A stretch of 16,063 nt of DNA from Paramicrosporidium saccamoebae KSL3 (taxonomy: Eukaryota; Fungi; Cryptomycota): the NCBI GenBank assembly GCA_002794465.1, contig MTSL01000041.1, positions 25,637-41,699 on the forward strand. The letters are read 5' to 3'. The notes under the pieces are model-generated. The model was not told the origin of the DNA, did no database searches, and saw nothing but the letters and a program-made list of their open reading frames with translations. This document shows, in pieces, positions 7,506 through 14,541 of the stretch. The translations under genes were made by a program, and so were the position numbers. Positions within the stretch are counted from its first letter, which is position 1; the number at the start of each line of letters is the position of its first letter.

Positions 7506-8213
7506 ATGCTTTCAGACGACCTCAGTCAGGCAGTCTCCCTCGGCGTACTCTCTCCTCCATTCATTGACATTTGTAGACCTCAATTATGGCCGTGCAATTT
7601 GACGGCGGGGTTGTAGTGGGCGCCGACTCCCGCACCACCACGGGCTCCTACATTGCCAATCGCGTCACCGACAAACTCACGCCCATCCATGACCTCATAT
7701 ACTGCTGTCGTTCCGGCTCGGCGGCTGACACACAGGCCATTTCGGATATTGTCCGATATCATTTGCAACTTGTCTCGGTGCAAAAGGGCGAGGCGCCCGA
7801 TGTAAAGACGGCCGCGACACTGTTTCAACAGATTTGCTACAACAACAAGGACAACTTGATGGCCGGCATTATTGTGGCCGGATGGGACAAGTATGAGGGC
7901 GGTTCAGTGTATAACATCCCTCTTGGAGGGTCCCTCCACAAGCAGCCCTTTGCCATTGGCGGTACGTTGGTGTTTCCCTTCTTTAATTGCAATAGGCTCT
8001 GGCTCTACATATATTTACGGATACTGCGACGCCGCTTACCACGACGGGATGAATCGCGATGAATGCATCCAATTTGTGGCAAACTCACTATCCTTGGCAA
8101 TGAGTCGCGACGGCTCCTCAGGCGGTGTCATTCGTTTGGCGATTATTGACAAGGACGGGGTGACACGGAAAGTGCTCCTCCAAGACGAACAGCCTAAATT
8201 CTGGCAAGGATAA
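7506..8213 (+). CDS. PRE3: 20S proteasome subunit beta1 (Pre3/PSMB6), about 213 aa; exons 7506-7544, 7577-7961, 7996-8213
   Basis: The spliced product is [13 protein letters not shown]|[35 protein letters not shown]...RSGSAADTQ...AIG|[12 protein letters not shown]...[10 protein letters not shown], with catalytic Thr1 after Gly. Confidence 0.95.
7545..7576 (+). other. Micro-intron 1 (32 nt) of proteasome beta1
   Basis: GTACTC...TTGAC...TGTAG; removal gives VSLG|TSIM. Confidence 0.88.
7962..7995 (+). other. Micro-intron 2 (34 nt) of proteasome beta1
   Basis: GTACGT...TTAAT...AATAG; removal restores the conserved GGSGS. Confidence 0.9.
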
Positions 8214-8323
8214 CTGATATAATAATATTTTCATTCACCATCCTCATTGGTTACTGTTCTTCTTGCAAGTTTCACTTGTCCAATAATAGAGCTGTCACAT
8301 CGAATCGTCGTATCAACAAGGCG

Positions 8324-8857
8324 ATGCCACCGATTCTTTGGTCGTTATTCTGTCTACTTGCTAGTGTTCTGGCTACACAACGTGATCCTGTATTGGATCA
8401 GCTGCGTGCCATTAAATTGCCGCACACTTTTACTCCCACTGAGGGACAAATGTTGATGAATCAGCTCGATATTATGGATCTCGCCATTGGTTTATTCTTG
8501 AGTGAAGACCGAGAGCGTGACATGAAGAGACAACAGGAGGTCTACTCTATGGTTTGGCCGTTATTGAAGTGCATATTTAGAAAGGATTTTGAGCCTGGCC
8601 AGCAATCTGGGCAACAGCCGCCTGGGTCTGGACAACAGCCTGGATCTGGTCAACAGTCTGGATCTGGTCAACAACCTGGATCTGGTCAACAATCAGGGTC
8701 ATCCCCATTCAACCAGCAGTCAGGGTCATCTCCATTCAATCAACAATCAGGGTCATCTCCTTTTAGCCAACAACAATCGGGTGGCCAGGCTCCGCAGTTT
8801 GGAGCTGATGCATCGTCACAGTCGCAACAGAATGATCAGGCCCCATCTCTCGGATAA
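8324..8857 (+). CDS. Secreted Q/S/G-rich repeat protein, family member A, 177 aa, unknown function
   Basis: Signal-peptide-like MPPILWSLFCLLASVLA, core LPHTFTPTE...YSMVWPLLKC and a C-terminal GSGQQ/QQSGSSPFN repeat tail. AATAAA at 8871-8876. Confidence 0.8.
   Translation: MPPILWSLFCLLASVLATQRDPVLDQLRAIKLPHTFTPTEGQMLMNQLDIMDLAIGLFLSEDRERDMKRQQEVYSMVWPLLKCIFRKDFEPGQQSGQQPPGSGQQPGSGQQSGSGQQPGSGQQSGSSPFNQQSGSSPFNQQSGSSPFSQQQSGGQAPQFGADASSQSQQNDQAPSLG
8597..8780 (+). repeat. Coding tandem repeats: 18-bp GSGQQ[PS] units followed by 27-bp QQSGSSPF[NS] x3
   Basis: Visible in the translation, with synonymous divergence between copies. Confidence 0.9.
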
Positions 8858-8990
8858 ATTGTTGTACTTAAATAAACCATATGACCACTTGTACTTGATT
8901 TTGGTGTGCTACTTGATTGGTCGATGGCTTGGAACTTTGCAACAGATTCAAGATGCAGTTTAAAGTCATCAATCCAATGTACTCTCGTTA

Positions 8991-9368
8991 ATGAAGATTA
9001 TCACAATATTAGCCGGAATCTTTGGCTCTATGGTGGCAGCCTCCAACTTTGGTGGCTCTTCCTTCAACTCGGGCAGCCAGCCCAACCAATCCAGCCAAAC
9101 TAACCAGGCTAATCAGCAAAACCGTCAAGTTCCTGGCCGTCTTCCGTTAAAGATGCGCGATATCACGCTTCCTCACCAATTCACGCTTGATGAGATGGAG
9201 GCAATTCGTGCCCGTTTGCGTGCCTTTAGTCTTGAGCTGCAGACGTTTGCGGCAGCATCCAGAATGATGTCGCAAAATCAACTGCAGATGAACTATGCTC
9301 AGGCCATTTGGCCCATTATGCAGTGCATGATGAGCAATCAAGATGGAGTCTGCCCTAGTGGTCAATAA
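8991..9368 (+). CDS. Secreted Q/N/S-rich protein, family member B, 125 aa, unknown function
   Basis: Signal-peptide-like MKIITILAGIFGSMVAA, an N/Q/S tract, and core LPHQFTLDE...YAQAIWPIMQC. AATAAA at 9364-9369 overlaps the stop. Confidence 0.8.
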   Translation: MKIITILAGIFGSMVAASNFGGSSFNSGSQPNQSSQTNQANQQNRQVPGRLPLKMRDITLPHQFTLDEMEAIRARLRAFSLELQTFAAASRMMSQNQLQMNYAQAIWPIMQCMMSNQDGVCPSGQ

Positions 9369-9520
9369 ATATCATTTAGTTCTGAATACTATAACAAATT
9401 ACTCTACTCTGTATTTACCACCTGTCAAGCTATTGGCGGCTGGCAGTTGTCTCACCATGTTTGACCCCATTGGACAATACTTCATACCATCTCGATTCAT
9501 AGTTTCATACCATTCCCTCT

Positions 9521-9527
9521 TATATAA
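9521..9527 (+). promoter_or_regulatory. TATA-like box TATATAA
   Basis: About 30 nt upstream of the ATG at 9557. Confidence 0.45.
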
Positions 9528-9556
9528 GGGCCTTGAGTGTCTGAGTTGGCACAATA

Positions 9557-9727
9557 ATGAACTTTATCACTGCAATCGTCTTTTTGGTTCCCAGCATCTC
9601 TCTTTTGGCTGCTGTTCGCGTGAAACCCCCAAGCGTTTCCAGTCACACTGCAACACGTCCAGCCGTTAGTGAACCAGTGCATAACGTTTCTTCGACAACC
9701 ATAGCCACCACATCATCAGTCGCATGA
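9557..9727 (+). CDS. Small secreted Ser/Thr/Pro/Val-rich peptide, 56 aa, absent from the ORF track
   Basis: MNFITAIVFLVPSISLLAAVRVKPPSVSSHTATRPAVSEPVHNVSSTTIAHTSSVA*. It has a hydrophobic signal-like N-terminus, an A at -3 of the ATG, an upstream TATATAA and a downstream AATAAA at 9739-9744. Confidence 0.62.
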   Translation: MNFITAIVFLVPSISLLAAVRVKPPSVSSHTATRPAVSEPVHNVSSTTIATTSSVA

Positions 9728-9838
9728 ATAACCAACTGAATAAAAGCGCATGTTTGCGATTCAATAGCGTGACTACTCGTGACCCGTCCACAATGCATAG
9801 CTGTGAATCAGTAAAGTGTGGATGATTCAAAGGCTATT

Positions 9839-9890
9839 GATTGGCCAAACAAAGATGATTGACTGGCTAGAGCCGAGGTGGTTGATTGGT
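9839..9890 (+). promoter_or_regulatory. Clustered inverted CCAAT boxes (GATTGG) upstream of family member C
   Basis: GATTGG occurs twice (starting 9839 and near 9884) with a GATTGA variant between them. Similar boxes precede the PRE3, RING-CH, member B and LITAF genes. Confidence 0.35.
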
Positions 9891-9964
9891 AGATTACTCG
9901 AAACGAAGAAGCAGACTTGTCTTATACGTCTGGGCCTGGAGGTTGCCAACGGAATTCACTGAAT

Positions 9965-10750
9965 ATGCATTGTAAGAGCTACTTGTTGATTGCTTCGATC
10001 CCGGCGTTGGTCGTTGCTTCTAATTGGAATCAGCCACAACAGCAGAACAGCTGGGGACAATCTCAGCAGCAGAATAACGGTAATCAGCCGCAGCAGCAGA
10101 GTAGCGGTAATCAACCACAGCAACAGAATAGTTGGGGACAGGGACCGCAAAATAGCCCATCGTCATCCCAGCAGGGCTGGAACAGTCCGCCGCCACCCAA
10201 GCAGTCCAGCTGGAATCAACCGCCTCCGAAGCAGTTTAATGCAAACTCATCACCTCAAGGCCAGTCTTCAACCCCCACGCATCACTTTACTTTGGATGAG
10301 ATCAAAGCCATGGATATCAAGCTTGCTAATATGCTGCAAGGCCTAACCCTGTTTATTGACTTTCGAAAGAAGAATCCGGGCGACGATGTCGTGAATATAC
10401 CCGAGGTGCAGAAACTGTATTCATTTGCCAAGCCTTTGTTGGATGCGGCAGATCGAGTGGAGGCAGAAGATGCTAAGGCGAGGGATGGAACCTCTGGAAT
10501 GCAGCCATTTGTGCAACCCAACCAGTCTGGACAGCAGTCTGGGCAACAGTCTGGACAGCAGTTTGGACAACAGCCCAACCAATCTGGACAACAGTCTAAC
10601 CAATCTGGCCAACAGCCTAACCAATTTGGTCAACAATCCAATCAATCTGGTCAACAGTCTAACCAATTCGGCCAGCAGTCCAACGGTCAGCAATCCTCGC
10701 AACAGCCTAACCAGTTCGGACAACAGTCCAACGCTGCTCCTCTCTGGTAG
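9965..10750 (+). CDS. Secreted Q/N-rich repeat protein, family member C, 261 aa, unknown function
   Basis: Signal-peptide-like MHCKSYLLIASIPALVVA, N-terminal NQPQQQ/NSWGQ repeats, core THHFTLDE...YSFAKPLL and C-terminal [PS]NQ[SF]GQQ repeats. AATAAA at 10765-10770. Confidence 0.85.
   Translation: MHCKSYLLIASIPALVVASNWNQPQQQNSWGQSQQQNNGNQPQQQSSGNQPQQQNSWGQGPQNSPSSSQQGWNSPPPPKQSSWNQPPPKQFNANSSPQGQSSTPTHHFTLDEIKAMDIKLANMLQGLTLFIDFRKKNPGDDVVNIPEVQKLYSFAKPLLDAADRVEAEDAKARDGTSGMQPFVQPNQSGQQSGQQSGQQFGQQPNQSGQQSNQSGQQPNQFGQQSNQSGQQSNQFGQQSNGQQSSQQPNQFGQQSNAAPLW
10019..10144 (+). repeat. Coding repeats NQPQQQ / NSWGQ in member C
   Basis: SNWNQPQQQNSWGQSQQQNNGNQPQQQSSGNQPQQQNSWGQG. Confidence 0.8.
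10514..10733 (+). repeat. Coding 21-bp (7-aa) tandem repeats [PS]NQ[SF]GQQ plus SGQQ tetrads in member C
   Basis: Visible in the translation. Confidence 0.9.
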
Positions 10751-11044
10751 TTACCCTTTGTATGAATAAACAAATTGTGCTAAACCTCTAATGCAAGTCG
10801 CTCTACATGGCAAATCCGCATCCAACGTATATATCCCTACGCGACGCCAAACTCACTTTATAATCACACTAGCTTAGCTCGGCTTAATTGCTACATTTAT
10901 CACCCACCCATTCTCATCTCACCCCCCCCGATACACTTGGGGTTAATCAGACTATACTCAGATACACATAAGCCATTGGTCAGTCTTCTTTTTAAGGAGA
11001 CTCTCCCTCGTTATGATCCATTCAACTTGATTGGCTCCCCCAGC

Positions 11045-11461
11045 ATGAATCCCGAAGGCGAGAAGGCGCCTTTTCAGGCGTACCCAGCTGTCCCACCGCC
11101 CACTTACACAGCCGCAACTGGCGACCCCTCGGCCGGAACTTCGTTCGTAGCCATCCCGGCGATGCGCTACGACACCATGACGAGCTATGTGGAGGACGGG
11201 AGTGGAGTGCAGACTGTGATTACAGCCGGCGCCATCTTGGACAGACCGATTATGGTGCGGTGTCCGTTTTGCAAAACGACCGTGACGACCGAAACAAAGC
11301 CCGCTACCGGATGCCTGACCTGGCTTTGTTGTTTGGCAATGAGCGCCGTGGGATTGGTCTATGGGTGCTGTCTCCTGCCGTTTTGCTCCAGGAGGTTGAG
11401 GGATGTTGAGCACATCTGTCCAAAATGCCATAACTTGATTGCGCTCTATAAGCGCATCTAA
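11045..11461 (+). CDS. LITAF-domain (SIMPLE-like) zinc-binding membrane-associated protein, 138 aa
   Basis: N-terminal PPPTY (PPxY), CPFC, a hydrophobic Cys-rich stretch (TGCLTWLCCLAM...GCCLLPFC) and DVEHICPKC. First ATG is 11045. Confidence 0.88.
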   Translation: MNPEGEKAPFQAYPAVPPPTYTAATGDPSAGTSFVAIPAMRYDTMTSYVEDGSGVQTVITAGAILDRPIMVRCPFCKTTVTTETKPATGCLTWLCCLAMSAVGLVYGCCLLPFCSRRLRDVEHICPKCHNLIALYKRI

Positions 11462-11636
11462 TGAATGTGAATACATACTGCTGTTTATAGGATGAAAAAT
11501 AATGTTTAAGTATTTAAACAGGCTTTGCCAACACTGCATAATAGAAGCGATCCGCACATGCGGGAAGAGAACTCTGATAATTCAATCGCTCATCAGTAGC
11601 CCTCTCAACTTTTACTTTTGATGATATGTGGTGACT

Positions 11637-11820
11637 AACCCACTGCCCCACACGTCTATTGCCTCGCAAATCCACTGCCCAACAGGACTATTGCCTCGCA
11701 AGCCCACGATTCCCGCAAATTCGCTGCTCCGCAAACCCAATACCCCATAGATTCGCTGCCTCGCAAACCCACTACCCCACAAATTCACTGCCCCCGCAAA
11801 CTCACTACTCTACAGATTTA
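11637..11820. repeat. Non-coding minisatellite, about 32-33 bp x 5.7, consensus AACCCACT[AG]CCCCACA.ATTC.CTGCCTCGCA
   Basis: Units start at 11637, 11669, 11701, 11734, 11766 and 11799. They abut directly with no unique spacers. Confidence 0.88.
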
Positions 11821-11825
11821 CAAAA

Positions 11826-12980
11826 TCACAAAGCCTTCATCTTTTGAAGGATGGCAGCCTTCCGTCTTTTCTTGGAGGGCTCACTTAAGAGTACTACCTC
11901 GAAAAACTTGTTGGCAGTCAGGTTGATTGGCAGATCCATCATCAAAGACACCATGTACTCTCCATATCCTGCCAATGTGGCAAATTCATCGGCTGCATAT
12001 ACGCGAGATTGTTGGAACAGATTGTAAAATGGTCGTAGCAGGGTGGAAAAGGATGCGGAGAATGCATCACGGATCGCTACTGCGGCGATTACCGCCTCAT
12101 CACCAAGCCCGAACGCAGCATAAACTTCAGGTGTAATACAGTAAAACATGAGAATGTCTGAGATTAACCGTTTTCCATAAGACAATGCCCATTCAATCTT
12201 TGCATCCTGATGGGTAAGACGGCCCAACTCATAAGCCATGGCTGCCGCTTTTTCTTGTCGATTCCAAATGCCCTTGCTAATGTAAATTTTTTTCCCATCA
12301 GAGTCATGTGAAGAAAACGAAATAAAGTAGTCACGATTTGTCTGACGGATTAGCTGAGGATCAAAATTATAGCGCGCAGCCAAGTAAAAGACTTCGGCAG
12401 TTTTCTCATTCAACTTTAGCGGCGGTAAGAAACGGTATGGCAGGAACCCTTTCTGGATGTCGGCAACAAAGAACGCTGTGGAAAGTGAACAGTAGAGGAG
12501 ACATGCCAAGTGGGTGCGTTTCCATGAGATGGCTTTGAGGAACACTAGCGACAAGGCTGCGTTCCCCAGTACAAAAAAGCTCCACTCGAGAATCCACAGC
12601 ACCATGTTTTGCTGCACCATTGTGATAACCCATTGTGGGTTACGACACAGGGCGAGCAAAGAGTACCAACTGACGGCAAAGGCGGCGGGGCGCATGGTAT
12701 TGGATGACATGGAAAAGACTTGAACCGCCTTCCATAATCTGGCAACCCATCTGCGCTGCACCACCAATGCCAAAGTCAACAACTGGAGCAGAGAATACGG
12801 GAATACGAACAGTGTGGCACTGGCAGATAAAATGTTGGGATAGTCGAGGCTACTAGATAATACGTGAAAGTAAACTTGAACTATCTGGCAGATTGTAGCA
12901 ACGGATTGGACCGAAAAGATAGTGATCAAGGGGACTAAGTACAGCGTTTCAATTCTAGATCGGATCCACCATGCGGCCAT
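11826..12980 (-). CDS. Ste24-like M48 peptidase paralog 1, predicted catalytically dead, 384 aa
   Basis: Colinear with the two neighbouring paralogs, but HEXXH reads YELGR, the ExxAD motif reads VYAAD, SHP reads SEP, and NAFY is lost. Confidence 0.8.
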   Translation of the reverse strand: MAAWWIRSRIETLYLVPLITIFSVQSVATICQIVQVYFHVLSSSLDYPNILSASATLFVFPYSLLQLLTLALVVQRRWVARLWKAVQVFSMSSNTMRPAAFAVSWYSLLALCRNPQWVITMVQQNMVLWILEWSFFVLGNAALSLVFLKAISWKRTHLACLLYCSLSTAFFVADIQKGFLPYRFLPPLKLNEKTAEVFYLAARYNFDPQLIRQTNRDYFISFSSHDSDGKKIYISKGIWNRQEKAAAMAYELGRLTHQDAKIEWALSYGKRLISDILMFYCITPEVYAAFGLGDEAVIAAVAIRDAFSASFSTLLRPFYNLFQQSRVYAADEFATLAGYGEYMVSLMMDLPINLTANKFFEVVLLSEPSKKRRKAAILQKMKAL

Positions 12981-13050
12981 GTTTAGAAGATTAGTCCATC
13001 ATAGTGTCCATTCAATAAATACTCCTTTATTGCCCTCTGATCAGGATATA

Positions 13051-14271
13051 TTAGCGCATCTGGGCCATTTGTTTCCGAATTGCCGCAATCCGCCGTTCAT
13101 TGGAGGGATGGGAGCAATAGACGGCCTCATAGAGCCAATTCCCCGTTTTATGGAAGGAAATCTCCTCCAAAGCCTTGATCAAGGATTCTCCGTATCCCAT
13201 TTCAGCTGCAAACCGATCTGCCCTCAACTCCACATGCTGACTCCACAGATTTGAGAGCGGAGTCAGGGCCAAAGAATAGAGAGAGTGGAAGGTTTCACGC
13301 AACGCAATGGCTGCAACTATCGGCTCGGTATCAAACCCAAAGGCGGCGTAGACTTCGGGCGAGGGAAGGATAATGTAAAACATGACCACGTTCCAGAACG
13401 TCTGACTCAGTAATATTCCGTAAAGTCGAACAGTCAAGTCGTTGTTGAAGCGGTGTCCAAGCTCGTGGGCCATCACAGCGGTTACACTTGACGGTGTATT
13501 CCCCTCTAAAAGGTAGTCTCCGATGATGATCTTTTCCCGTAGAAGGGATCGCGTATAGAATGCATTGTTTAAACGCTCGCCCTCGTAGATTTGCTTTGTA
13601 TCAAAGTAATCTTGTCTTGCAAGCTTGAAAAGCGGCTTTGTGTTCTTGTCCTCTTTTAGTCGCGGCAAGAATTCAATGGGCAGAAAGCCCCTCTCCCAGT
13701 CAACAAGCGTTGTTACAATAGTCACCAGACAGAACCAGAAACATGCCACATGGCGACTCTTTTTGGCATTCAGTTTTAGCAAACAAATTGCCAAAAAGAC
13801 ACTCCCCACGATGCTGAGAAAGTATTCTGCAAAGAGTAGAAGGAGCCCTTTGATCGACATTGCCAGGTGAATATAATTGAACAAATTGAGGGATATTAGC
13901 GCGCTCCAAAAGACTGTGAAATCCACTGATCGGACCAAGAGGGAGCCGTTCGCGAACCGTCCCTCGTTGGCCCTTTTCCAGAGGCGTGGGATCCACTGCT
14001 TCTTAAACGACATCGAGTAGCAGCCTAGCGTCAGTAGACCCGCCGGAAATAGCGTTAGTGTCAACATCATTCCAACACTCTCCCTAGTCCCCATTGTTGG
14101 GTTCGATCTTGCGTACATGATCAGATGAGCGGTCTGAAAAGCAATTGCACAACACTGAATCACCAACGAAACCAGCAGCGGAGCGTAAAATATTTTCTTT
14201 GCTTGATCTTTCGAGGGTAACCAGCGTTTTGCCGCTGCTGCATCGGGCAAGAGGGAGAGGTCAGTAGCCAT
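13051..14271 (-). CDS. Ste24/CAAX prenyl protease 1-like M48 zinc metalloprotease paralog 2, about 406 aa
   Basis: Multi-TM N-half, NNAFY, AVMAHELGH (13453-13467), ELRADRFA and SHPSNERRI. Start is 14271 by alignment with paralog 3 and a minus-strand TATAAAT at 14294-14300; 14283 is an alternative. Confidence 0.88.
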   Translation of the reverse strand: MATDLSLLPDAAAAKRWLPSKDQAKKIFYAPLLVSLVIQCCAIAFQTAHLIMYARSNPTMGTRESVGMMLTLTLFPAGLLTLGCYSMSFKKQWIPRLWKRANEGRFANGSLLVRSVDFTVFWSALISLNLFNYIHLAMSIKGLLLLFAEYFLSIVGSVFLAICLLKLNAKKSRHVACFWFCLVTIVTTLVDWERGFLPIEFLPRLKEDKNTKPLFKLARQDYFDTKQIYEGERLNNAFYTRSLLREKIIIGDYLLEGNTPSSVTAVMAHELGHRFNNDLTVRLYGILLSQTFWNVVMFYIILPSPEVYAAFGFDTEPIVAAIALRETFHSLYSLALTPLSNLWSQHVELRADRFAAEMGYGESLIKALEEISFHKTGNWLYEAVYCSHPSNERRIAAIRKQMAQMR

Positions 14272-14541
14272 GGTCTGGAGCATCCACGCCAAGTATTTAT
14301 ATTTCCCAATCTGGAAGAATTTGGCACAAAGTGTCCATAGTGGGTGGTTGGCTGGCTCTTGTTGAGGAGGTGACAAAATTGATGGAAATGATTATAAAAG
14401 AGTTTACCCGTGGCAGTGTTTACCCACCCATATGATCGGACTCGCCAGCAAAAGATGCACATACCAGAAGGAATGGGAGCATTACACGACAGTCCAAGTG
14501 ACCAGTTTTAACAAAACGTTAGTTTAATAATACCCTATAGT

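Noticed and set aside
9343-9669. 108-aa plus-strand ORF in the ORF track
   Set aside because: It has no ATG-supported start or motif; the 56-aa ORF at 9557-9727 in another frame has much better gene signals.
9745-9964. Possible box C/D snoRNA or other ncRNA in the gap before member C
   Set aside because: No canonical RUGAUGA...CUGA pair or terminal stem was found; the GATTGG motifs fit a promoter better.
11637-11820. CRISPR-like appearance of the about 32-bp repeats (also 4383-4520)
   Set aside because: Units abut with no unique spacers and are degenerate, no cas genes are present, and the context is eukaryotic.
14272-14376. N-terminal extension of M48 paralog 2 from the TTG start (likewise the non-ATG extensions at 2125, 7374, 8276, 9917, 10937)
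   Set aside because: Non-ATG starts are unlikely in a eukaryote, and downstream ATGs align with paralogs or expose signal peptides.
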